In this document: positions 38,601 to 58,500 of the stretch, in pieces | Layout: each line of letters starts with the position of its first letter | Numbering within the stretch: the first letter of the stretch is position 1 | DNA from: Phoronis australis | Taxonomy: Eukaryota > Animalia > Phoronida | NCBI GenBank assembly: GCA_002633005.1 | Contig: NMRA01000859.1 | Location: 32,424-96,423, forward strand | Length of the DNA: 64,000 bases | Direction: 5' to 3' | Made by a program: the position numbers and the translations under genes | Notes under the pieces: generated by a model | Seen by the model: only the letters and a program-made list of their open reading frames with translations | Database searches by the model: none | What the model was told of the DNA's origin: nothing

Positions 38601-41600
38601 ACCATCAGAAACTGGTCTTAGCTTCTTCCTTGCTTTAATGGGTTTCTGCAGTTTGTTATTGCTCGAGTCCAGGCACAATTATTTGTGTGGTCATTTTATG
38701 TACCAAGCGGGTCCTCAACCAATAACCAACAAACTGTTGTCAGTTAATTTTTCTCAAACCTGAAAATCCTATCACATCTTAGTATGAATGTGTCGAGACC
38801 ATTTGTGCACTGTATGTGTCTTAAATCAAAAGCAGTGTCGTTATTTTTTACAAAACGCAGGAGCATGGTTATTAGTTTTGGCGTGGAAGTGTCAGAAAAT
38901 TTTGTTTCAAAGGATTGTCAATTTTCTGGCAAGATTATATTAGTCAGGTTACTTGAAAGGTTCTGAAGCATTCTTTAGTGTAAATTACAAATGCTGCAGC
39001 CACTGTCTTGTTTAACAACACCATTGTATTGGCAGCCTCTTCAAAGAACGAGACAGGTGTTGTTCAATATTGAGAGAGGAATTCAAGGAGTTTTCCAGTA
39101 TGAAAGCCTTCACCGGTGGATTGGAACAACTGTCACAAGGTGAGTTATTCAGACTATATTTATTGTCTACAGTATTGTACATTTCTTAATTTTTTATTTG
39201 AAATAAAGCAAGTATTTACAAAAATCGTGGTAGTATGAACTAAACACGCTATCCTGGGGCAACCAGAAAAAGGGAAAGAAACAGCTAAGAAAACAAATGT
39301 ATTAGGGTAGCCCATCTACTGTTGAAGTCATCATGTTGGTAATTATTGTAATACATAATATATTATTCTTTATACAGTAGTCATGAAATTCCCTTTCATG
39401 TCTTTCAAGAGATGGTATAGTTCGTACACTTTATAAATAGTGGCGCGAGGCAACTATTACAAGATGAATGATACAGACTTCATTGGTCTACTGTTCATAC
39501 ACTTTATGCTTCCGATCTTAAGTAACTATGCTATTCAAGTGTAGAAGATTGGTGTTGTGATGGTGTTGTTACAGGCAAGTTTAAATAGTACAGGCCATGA
39601 ACATACATTTTCCTTGTAGAATGTTGCGAGTTTGCATTCTGATTAAACCTGAATAAAAATATCTACGAGATGCATTATCATAGAGCAGATGTATCTTTGT
39701 CACCCATTATAAGTCTTATTGATAAATTCCGTTTAAACTTTACACAGACTTCTTAGTTGGTAACATTGGTTTACATTTGTTTACACTGTCTTGAATTTTG
39801 TATTATTTACCATGCAGTAAATTAGACGTTTGATGATGCAGTTTAGTTCAGTTTCTGAGAGACACTGTTTTTTAATAACATCACCTGGTTTGGGATACAA
39901 AAGTTTGACTTCTGATATCATGATAACGAATTACTATGAAATGACATCATGACGATTTCTGTTTTTGGACTAGCTGTGGAAAATCTCATTACACTCCGTC
40001 GTCGTGACAACGTGGAAGCATTTACCCGCGAGGTCAGTCAGCCGCTGAACATGGCCAAGCAAGTAATCATGTTGTCTGCAGACAAGTTGCACACAGTGTT
40101 TAGTTTGAGGCAGTATGTAAGTATGGCTTGTAACTTGAGGTCTAAGGAATACTTCAAACTTAAAATGCAATTTTGGATGGTTTTGAGAAAAATAGCTGAC
40201 AACTGTGCACCAACCAGTTACTAAAAGATTGGTTGAGAACATTCTGCGCCTGAGGTTTTGAGGCTACGACCTTCAAGTAAAATGAGGGCATTTGTTCTGG
40301 AAAGACATCATGGAGAGTACATGTATAAACAGGCTCGCCATGTATTTTGTTGTCCTGAACACAGTAAAGTTGTAACTTAGGCAATCAAATTTGAACTGGT
40401 CCATTTATTAAGTTGCTGATCGACTTGCCACCATATTTCTCTGAATAAGTCATAAAATGAGGACGCTTGTATTATTTAACCGTAAATAACATACTAAAGT
40501 AACGTCAAATGGGGATCTCTGACATATTCAGTCATTTGTCAGTCACAAAATAGGGAAACCTGAATTATTCAGTCATTTGTCAATTCTTCCCAAGCGGGAT
40601 ATATGGTGACTAAAGCATGGGCAGCAAGATGTGTCACCAGCACCACCTAGTGTTAATATCCAAGTTATACATCACCTCTGTTCATGATGAGGCAGCCTTT
40701 AAGTTTACTGCAAGTGAAGAGATTGTCATTTATCGCATAAAAACTTCCGGTATTTAATTCTGGTGGAAGGCCTTACACTCATTATTTAGAAATAATCAAC
40801 TTTTAAGGTGTATGTCTGTCAAATAAACAATTTTTCATATAGATCCCTTATTGCTGTGACAAAATTGATGATGAAAACTCACTGGTTTCTGGGCTTGAAA
40901 AAACTGACAGTAGAAATAATAGAACGTCCTCTCGCTCATGACATGGTGTGTTAACCCTGTAGGAATAACAAACAGTCTAATACAATTTCAAGTCCTGAAA
41001 AATCAAATCAAATTTAAGTAACAACACTTACTCGAGACTTATTTCATAGCTAAGGTGTCTAAATTCTAAATCAGAAATTATTTTTTGACTCAAAACAAAA
41101 ATTTGTATCAGCTTTAAATGTTGTCACACTACTGCCTGTTTTTGTTTTGGAAACAAATTTTGAGTTCTTGGAATGAAATATCTGCAAATGGACATTTTAG
41201 CAATTCCAATTGTGAAGTTCAGTTAAACTCACACAACCACAACAGATGTAGTCAGCTTTTCACCAACAGAAATTCATTGCGGAAAAATACCTTCTGTTTG
41301 TTGTCCACTTATTATGAATTGTCTAGTATGAACACATTTCACTCTATAGTCTGAACACACTTTGCTTATGATGGTACAGTTGATGACCCAGATGGACTCA
41401 TTTTTATGTAATGCGTGACCTATTTTCTAGATTCAAAAAGTCTGCCTTCTGAACCTGAATGAAGGTAAAGCCAAGACGTGGCCAATCAACTTCAAGCAAA
41501 GCGTCATTAATCACTACATGAAGACAGACCATGAACTGGTGAAGTTGGTGGCCTCCAAGGAGGGTGTCTGGTCTACCGTGGTAGGCTTCTTCCACTGGCT

Positions 41601-41622
41601 GCTCTGGCTCATTGGTTTCTGA
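23659..41622 (+). CDS. Guanylate-binding protein (GBP)/atlastin-family large GTPase, 19 exons, 794 aa
   Basis: Exons: 23659-23749, 24964-25082, 26292-26453, 26728-26937, 27493-27579, 28334-28448, 29002-29172, 29372-29451, 29768-29905, 31397-31455, 32987-33116, 33741-33905, 34395-34485, 35467-35633, 36494-36568, 38154-38239, 39036-39139, 39974-40116, 41431-41622 (2385 nt, all GT-AG, phases consistent). Motifs: VAVVGKFHSGKSFLLN (G1), QTMGIWMW (G2), FLDTEGF (G3), LLWVVQDF (G4 position), then a long helical region. Confidence 0.9.
24126..24179. other. Assembly gap within a poly-G tract of a short GC-rich repeat
   Basis: Run of N flanked by G homopolymers. Confidence 0.95.
25660..25930 (+). repeat. 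Interspersed repeat; second copy at ~30560-30830
   Basis: Shared taatgctctgtaac...ctaaacgggcaagcg...gaattac...tctgtgacat...aagattgacacc. Confidence 0.7.
29960..30290 (+). repeat. Degenerate ~15-bp minisatellite (tttgacatg core)
   Basis: Repeated tttgacatg/tttgacgtg cores just after GBP exon 9. Confidence 0.85.
32268..32735 (+). repeat. 21-bp minisatellite (aggtccgtccttcccatcaca)n
   Basis: About 21 units in GBP intron 10. Explains the spurious (MGRTDLV)n ORF. Confidence 0.95.
33113..33480 (+). repeat. Degenerate ~52-bp tandem repeat starting at the GBP exon 11 donor
   Basis: Unit gag|gtgtgtcatc...gatcatgtgttagttgttcatacat. Confidence 0.8.
36680..37255 (+). repeat. Degenerate ~52-bp tandem repeat (ctgattggNcagagtat..ctggctggaggtca)
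   Basis: Two clusters (36680-36770 and 37060-37255) in GBP intron 15. Confidence 0.7.
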
Positions 41623-42624
41623 AGCTCTTGTCTTTTTGTGTCAGAAACTTTCAACAGAACATTTCATCAAATAGTCAACTTTGCTTGATTGTGCAGCAAG
41701 TTACAAGTCTTCAGTAATGGCTTGCGCGAACTTGTGTTTACCATGTCAGATACGTTTTCAGCGTGTTGTTTGAAAGGCATAGCTCTGTATAAAATGTAAG
41801 CAGTGCCCTCTGTCACCATGAAATATGTTGCTTCGGATCTGCGGTGGGTTTTCATTAACCTGTAAAGACTGGGTTCCTGGTAACAGTTCCAAATAGAGAC
41901 TCCACTGCCTTGCACTACATTGGTGGACTTGTCAATAAGTCAGAAGTATTGCAATAAGAGAATGTCGTTAGTCAGAGAAAAACTCACAACAAGGTATACT
42001 GATGGACAAAAACAGCTCCAGCAAATTTAGAGAACTTTGTCAAGTCCGTATTTGGGACTATAGTGCGTCATGCAGACAGTCACTTGTCTCCAGTGATGGC
42101 AATATCAAGGGGCTCGTTTTATCACCACGGTCATGTTACTAGTGGGTCGTAGCTCAGACCCCATTATTCTAGATTTCCACTTTGGTTTGTGAACGTAACT
42201 GGAGAGTGTGATTACCGTCTGTGGTAAACTTTTAATGTTAACTTAAAATGTTAGTCATTACGCTTAGTTTTGATGAAAAAACCTAGGATCTCTTGTGTTA
42301 ATACATGATTGTCTTCAAATATCCTAGAACATCACATATTTTCAAGTTACCAACTTCAAAAATTGATTTTCAATAAAAGAGGCTCCAGGTAGCTTCAACA
42401 TGTATGTGTTTTGTGAAGCTATTCGTGATAAATTGTGCATAAGTTGTGTGTCAAAACTTATACCAAAGCTAATCTACAGAACTACTGCAATGGCAAGATA
42501 GTTTTCAAAGCAATCGATGTTATCAAGTTTTAACATTCTGTTCTAGAAACTCAAGAAAAATTCCAAGCTAAAAATTCCACTAGGCAAATCTCGATCTCAG
42601 GACTCGAAACTTATTTTCGATTAA

Positions 42625-42815
42625 CTCAGTCCGTAAAAGGTAAAAGTGCACCAATGTGTTTACTGGTGTCACTCCGTGGTGAAGGGTGAACCAATGTGGT
42701 GTAACTCAGTGGTGAAGGGTGAACCAATGTGGTTTAACTCAGTTGTGAAGGGTGTACTGGACCAGGTGTAACTCAGTTGTGAAGGGTTTGCCAAGGTGTA
42801 CCAATCTGTTTACTA
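42625..42815 (+). repeat. ~33-bp tandem repeat (taactcagtggtgaagggtgaaccaatgtgg)
   Basis: About 5 units between the convergent GBP and SURF4 3' ends. Confidence 0.75.
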
Positions 42816-44100
42816 GAAGCAATTGAACAAAGGGAACCATCAAAGTGCTTTGCAATAGCTTCGGGAATTTCCTCGTCTGAATTCCCAGTTGTCAAAATTT
42901 AACCTAGACCTATTGAGGATTATTACAAGACTGGCGTTTAATATATATATTATATTTCTTACTAAACATACAGTTTGTACAACAACGCCTGGGTACAGGG
43001 TAGTCCAGACTTACAATGACATCTCATTAGGTTGATTGCGTTGAAAACATCTATGTGTACTGTGGTGCCACCTATCTTACCATTTTCATGCAATGCGTTC
43101 TTTAAAATGCAGCAATACAGTATCTCCGAGTTAGACATTGATTGCATCAGTGACCCATTCTTTATTCAATCACACCAATAGCTAGAAAACCCAACAATAC
43201 AATGTTGTGACCAGGGAAGACTAGATCACTAGACTCGCTGGCTACACTGTGTAAGCTGAAAATATGCTGATAAAGGCTGGGCGTACAGCCAGTCAATGAT
43301 TGACTTGGTATTGGCAGTGCCAAACATAGTTGTGGTTCACACGTATCTCAACATCCACTAGGGAATAAGTTATGATGTATTGCATTTTAGTACATAGAAA
43401 ACACGGTCCCTACTTAAGGTAGATTTCAAGAAAATAAAGGGAACATGTCACTTATCAACTGACACAACACCCTGGCTGTTAATGCACATTGGGGTAATAC
43501 TTAGCACCAAACGGGGTTAAAACCAATCCAAAATGGCCGCTGTTTAGCAGTGACACCATACGGCTTTGAAACGTTTACTCGCATCACATGAGTGCCGTTT
43601 TTCCTTGGTAAATCTTATCCTACGCCAGCGTGTAGAGGCAAAACACGCTCCATAATCCCCCACAATGAGCCAATCTCTTCACAAATTCAAATACATTGTA
43701 CATCGGGTTCATCGCCTAACATTTTCACATGCACAAAATCACACAAAACAACTTGCTTGGATATACAAACTGGACTTGTCACTTCAGAGATTGTCGCTAG
43801 CTATTTTATCTGCTTTTGAATGAATGCTTTTGCTAACTTAAGCGTGGGATACAAAGTTGATAGTTTAGTAAGGGCTTGGCTGTGAGCAGAACTAAAGAAT
43901 CCACCCAAGGGTACAGAGAGGGTGATATTGGGAAACGCAGTATCTCTTGATCAAGTATCTGCAGCCTATGTGACGAAGTGAACACCAGATGGCAGTAGTA
44001 GTCCCTCCAGACAAGTCCTCACATTGTGTGATTCCATGCACATGTTATCGCTGTTCCTCTTTCACTAATAGGCATAGCCACGTTAACACAGATGACACGA

Positions 44101-52163
<8,063 letters not shown>

Positions 52164-52558
52164 ACTTGCAGTCTCCTTCTAACACAGTTCCAAAAGCCAC
52201 GTACCATCCAATGTGTACGGACCGGAACTTGGCGAAATTATAGAAAGCTAAACTCAGTTAATATTATTCGACCCCTCCCGCACAAAACATTTGAATCTTT
52301 TAAATATCTTAAAAACCTATAGCAAAATTGAAAAAAAAACAGAAAAATTCGGCACTTTAAAAGTTGTTTTGTATACAATTTTACATTTTCATGAATATTT
52401 ACAGGAATAAAATTGTAAATGCATTAATAAGTGTACTCAAATATAGGGAGTGTGTTTGTTTATTCGCACCACTCGCCACGTACGCATAACTTGTCTCGTT
52501 TTCAAAAGTCAACTGTAATCGGTAAACTACGGTAACGTCCGTATATTTCCGAATAAAG
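52164..52558. promoter_or_regulatory. Bidirectional promoter SURF4 / TADA1
   Basis: Divergent ATGs 395 bp apart. ETS-like accggaa at ~52221 and YY1-like aagatggc overlapping the TADA1 ATG. Confidence 0.75.
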
Positions 52559-55500
52559 ATGGCAGCCCCCTTGGACTTGTCGCAGGCGAAAGAAAACTTA
52601 GCCGAAGCATTGGGAGATAGAATGAAGCAGTACGTTTTATTCGAAGCAATTTTGTCAGAGTTACTTAATTTTTTTCACATTATTATTTAATGACACATTT
52701 TCTCGATTCATTTGTCTGATAATCTTACTATGAACAGACATAGTCTTGCCCGAAGGCGACGGCGCACAGGATTGTGGGCCTTCTCTGACTGTTGTTGCTC
52801 GAAGATCTATTTCTGATAATTTAAGTTATAAGTCTATGAGTCAATCAATACACGAGTGAATGTAATAAAAACTCTGGGAGGGATGTGGAAGGGCCAGAGT
52901 AACATTTAGTGCTTAGCCTTAGGCTTAGTAGGCCTCTGCGGGTCTGATGTCACCCTGCCTAGGCAATGGCAATGGCCATTGCCTCTGTTCTGTTGGCTAG
53001 ACCAGAGGCGATGCAGCTCCTATGGGCGCTCCATACGCCGGAAGCTTTTCGGCGAATTATGCCTCGCTCCGACAAAAACATTAAAGTCACGTTGTTATAA
53101 ATACCTTTTGCGCATAGAGGAACACCTTAGGAGGTTGTCGATGTGTATAATTCCTTCCAACTCGAACAAATACTCCCGTTAGTGTTAAGTTTCTTTCGCA
53201 GGTATGAAACAAAGCCGGGATTTGGTTTTTACATATTGAGAAAAGATGTTTTCGAAAACTGAATTTGTTTTATAAAATGAGAGTGACACACTATGTAGGC
53301 TGCGTGTCAATTTTAAATCACGCGCCGTCGTTTGTCATGCGTTATGATGTGCGCTAGCCTGAACCATGGGCGCTTAATGGGAAATTCTCAAAGGTTGAGG
53401 GGGAACGCTTAGTAAATCAGTGACCGCTTATTACAAAACACTTCAAAGGTAGGGAGTAGGCTTGTGCGTGAGCATTGTCGTTAACCTGAGTGTTTGCGTT
53501 AATAAGATATTAAACAACTGCAATGGTAAGAAACGTTTTAATATTATGATTTTGCGAGACAAACTCCATCGAGTATAGGGGGGACTTTCTGGATATCGTT
53601 ACCACCTACATTATACCCTTTTTAGCCACCCCGAATAATTTTGTTTTTAATTACCCGCTTCAGCCGAAACAAAAATGTTTCTAGTGGAGTGTGAACATTT
53701 TACGGCGACGGTGGTCCGGGAAGCGAAAACTTGCCAGAGAGAAGAGAAGAATAAAAAATCGTTGACCACAATTTCACATCTAGTACCCGTTTAGTTGCAA
53801 CAGCTGGCTATGGGCATAGAATATAGGGTTTAGGGAACATCGACCTCGTGAAACATTGTCACAGGAAATATCAGTTCTGGATTATACCGGTCCCGGGGAA
53901 TATCGTAAAGCATCGGGTCTTTTATAACCGCCGGGAATCTATGAGTTCATTTTCAAATAAACCACTGGCACGTACCCGGGTGCTTAACAGAGCCAAGCCG
54001 GTATACTCTTTCATTTAGTACTGTAGCTGTTCTCTTTTGATTTGCAGCTTTGAAGTCCCCCCACTTTAATTGCTGGAGCAGGCCTACACTTAACATACGC
54101 GCACCCAGCCTAAAATATAGGGGGGCTCGAATTTTTCCATATGCAGACCTGTTACTGAAAAAAATCAACGAGGACCAAAAAACGGGGCCATTAGGTTCAG
54201 GCTTGCCAATCGTGCATCCGCGCCGAATTCCTGTGGACTTCGTGAATTTTTGTCTCGTTTACTCAAGGGACTTTTTGTTTCACTGAGGCAAACTTTTTTG
54301 CCCAATTCGCCAATTCGCTCCGATCCCCCCTGGATGAGCCCATTATTTACGCTGGCAGCAACGTGTGAAAGTCAAGTCATATTTCGCTCACGTAGCCCTA
54401 GAAATAAGGGGTTAGATAATTTCTTGGTAACTGAAAGTAAAGACGTGGCCGTCGCTTGGCGATTAATAGGGTTGTCATTTTCACTTTCAGTGGCGGATTT
54501 AGAGGGGCGCCATGCCCCCCCTAAAACTCTCCCAGATTCCATTTGGCAGTTCGGAGGTGCGCCTTCTGACGGGCAAAATCCTGGCTAATACTCTGCCCTG
54601 GCCTCCCCCCTAAATAAAAATCCTGGATCCGCCCCTGACTTTGGCTGTCATTGGCAATAAAAAACGAGACGCACATCTCCAAGTCACGATTTTCTGCCGG
54701 GACCGCTTGCGCGCTAACAACGGGACCGAACAGTGCCGCAGTGCCGGCAATATCAGGGATGTTGTCGTAGATATTTGGTACAACATGTAATAAGGACATC
54801 TTACGCAAAAAATAAACATATCTGTCCACCAAAAAGTTTGATAAGTTGATCGCTTAAGAATTAGTGGAAACACTGCCGTGTTGTGACATTTTATCACGTG
54901 TTATGCAGTGGCCTGAAACTTTCCGGCCCGAATCCGGAAACTTGCAAAAGTTGCCGGAAGTGTTAGCAAATGAAACGCGTCAAAGATCGATTCTGCATAT
55001 CCCATGTTCACGCGACTTGCTGACATGTACAAGTCATCGGGAGGGCTGTTCTCGGTTGGCGTTCTTTTGAACTTGGATTTGGAAACACCCAAATAACATT
55101 CGGATTAAAAAGGTTTCCTTCGCCTTTAACAGCAAAATTATGATCATTATGGGAACAAAATTATTATGACCGTTATGCTGAATACATTTTATATCCATTA
55201 TGCGGACAAAATCATTATTGTGACCATTATGCAGACATAATTGTTATGACCATTATGCGGTCAAAATTATGACCATTATGCAGGCAAAATTATGTCGATG
55301 ATCATTATGCGGACAAAATTATGTTTATGACCATTATGCAGACAAAATTATGTTGATGATCATTATGCAGACAAAATTATGTTTATGACCATTATGCGGA
55401 CAAAATTATGTTGATGATCATTATGCAGACAAAATTATGTTTATGACCATTATGTGGACAAAATTATGTTTATGATCATTATGCAGACAAAATTATGTTG

Positions 55501-58500
55501 ATGACCATTATGCGGACAAAATTATGTTGATGATCATTATGCGGACAAAATTATGTTGATGATTATTATGCAGACAAAATTATGTTTACGACCATGATGC
55601 GGACAAAATTATGTTGATGACCCTTATGCAGACAAAATTATGTTGATGACCATTGTGCGGACAAAATTATGTTGATGATCATTATGCCAGGCGTGCGTTC
55701 AGTAGACGCTAGGACCTACGCTAGGACCTAGCTAAAACCTAGTCAAAGTCACGTGTTCTAATTTATAATGCACGACAATATCTCGCGTAATCTCGCGAAG
55801 TCTTACTTTTCAGCGAGGTCCTTGTGTTACTGAACGGGAGGCACATTTCTTCCGAGAAGTGTAAAAACTCAGCTCGTATACGTTGGAAATTTCAGGTCGC
55901 ATTTAGCGACTTGATACGAGCTGACAAAAATCTCAGCTCGCATTTCCAAATTTCAGGTCGCAAATGCGACCTGCAGCTTGTTATGTCGAGCCCTGCCAAA
56001 TTGGCAACTGGCCATGTTTACACTGCTCAAACCAGGAGACATAATTTCATAAGGAAGGTTTTAGCACATTTTCCCCAAATGTTACCCTGTGTCTATATTC
56101 TGGACATAGCCCTTATCTACGCCCACTGGGTTTATCTAATGATGGACGTGTCTTCATCTCACCACTTTCTGAGTAGTTTTTAGGCTTTAATATTGAATTG
56201 CTAAATGTAATTGTATACTACAGATGTCGCTGTTGTATGTGGTCCCGTAACTGTGATGCGTCCAAGGCATATAGACTGTGTGTTATTGTCTGCTTTTAAA
56301 CGTTTCACTTTTGCTGGAGGGAAATTACTCTTGAAAGAAATTCAAGCTCTGATTTTTGTTGTTTTTTTTCAGATACATGGAAAATCTGAAGTTGTGGTTC
56401 AAACAAAAACAAAGCAGGGACCAGTTCGATATGCAAGCCCGGAAGATGTTGACATCTGACATTGTCCACCTTCACAATGAGTTTCTACTGGCCATCTTGA
56501 CAAAATGCCAGAGTTTAACACCCACACTAGGTACGTGAATGTGTTGGTGGATGATCATGCCCTCGGATGAGTTTGCGAATAAGTCTAATAACTGAGAGGT
56601 ACTGGGTAAATGTGGAAGATGATTTGTGCATGACACTTTAGCTCAGTCGGGAAGGTATGCTGATCAAAACTGTGTACTGTATGATGTGAGACAGTGATTT
56701 ACTGGAGCACCACCTAGTGACCATTTAAGTTTTCTTTGGTCTTTCCTCAATATTTTCCAATTGTCTGTGATATTTATAATCTAGTTTATGGAATTTTATT
56801 GTGAAGGGCATGGGTGTCATTGATGTTACGACAAATTCGTCTACTGTGGCGCCCCATATTGGCTATTGTGTGCGCCTGCCTAAATACCTACCATGTTCGT
56901 TAATGGGTCTTTATAGTGTTTGACATGTATGTTCCCATTGAGGATATCATGACTGTTGGTGTTGGAGTTTATATGGATATGACTACTGTTGCACCTCCTC
57001 GTGGTAGTTTTAGGGTTTTATGTTTACTTCAATGTTTGTCAAATCCTATGGTGGATCACCATGAAAATTGTCAAGTTGTTAGTTTTTCGGGTGGATCCGA
57101 TGAATGCTGTGCCTCCTGGTGGCCACTTCCCCACGATGTGAAAATAGTTATGGAACTTGACTTGTATGCTTGTCATATGACAGCATCTGTCAATATTAAA
57201 AGAAATCTGTTAAGTGCTATGCCATCTAGTGGCAGTGTTAGTTGTTTTGTCGTCTAGGTCTTTCTGTTAGCACTTGAGTGATCCTTATGAAATTGAAAAC
57301 TTAATGTTTCTACTACTAACAGATAAGACTGGACCCCATATTTTATTGCCTAATAACCTGTACTTCTTGTGGCAGTTGCAATATTTTGTTGTCCATCATA
57401 GTATCTACCAAAACCTCTTTTAAAAATGTTCGTAGAATTCAGCTGATATGTTTTCCTTCAATTTTTTGACGACTTGCTTTGCACATCCTGGAGACTATTT
57501 TAAGTTTTCAAGTATTCCGTGCTCTATTGTATGCAATGCACACACTGGGTGCATATGAGTGTTCTCCATTACTTTTGTTGATCATTGGTACCTGTCACTT
57601 TGTTCCTTTAAAGCGATTCCCTTTTCTTGCCTGAAAAGTGTCAGATTTTGTACGCCGAAATATCCGTCATTATTGATTTAAAAGTATTACTAAGTATTTT
57701 TCGTTGTATTTTTTGTATCGTATGCAGAAATGTCTACATTGGTTGTGCTTAATGATCCATAGAAATTGAATACGAGAAGTAAGTTCTCAAATTGTCGACA
57801 GATTGCGCAGAAATTTCTGCACTGAAAGATGTGCAAAACTTTCCGCATTGAGGGAAGGGCAGTATGGACAATATTTACTTTAAGCCAAAATGATGGCATA
57901 AAAAGGAAATCGATGGAATTTACCTTTTAAAATGGAGAGGCTATGTTTTGGTAATTTTTTTATTTAATTTCAGTCCCAAAGGACATGAACACAAGTGCTC
58001 TACCAGTTGCCAAGGTTATTAAGAAAGGAACAAAGTTTAAGAGGAAGCCAGTTGGACGCTCTCTACAGGTTTGGACGTTTTTGTGGTGAAGAACTTCTTT
58101 CAGTTGTAGCATAGAAAACAGAATTTATGAGGTCTGTTGTGAAATTGTTCAACCAATCAATGATAAATGTAATACTGAAATAAATCTATAATGATATCTG
58201 TGTGAAGTGCTTGGTCACATGCCGGACACGTTTGTGATATCAATGTGAAGTGTTCAAGACATTCACATACAGGACATGTCTCTGATATCAGTGTGTATTG
58301 TTCATTTGCATGAAGGACTTGTTCATGATATCAATGTGAAGTTTTCATTCATGTACTGGACATGTCTTTGATGTCAGTCTGAAGTGCTCATTTACATGCA
58401 GGACTTGTAGATGATATCAGCGTCAAGTGGTCATTTTTGTGCATGACACGTCTATCATACCAGTTGGAAATGTTCATTCGCATGTCAGACACATCCATTA

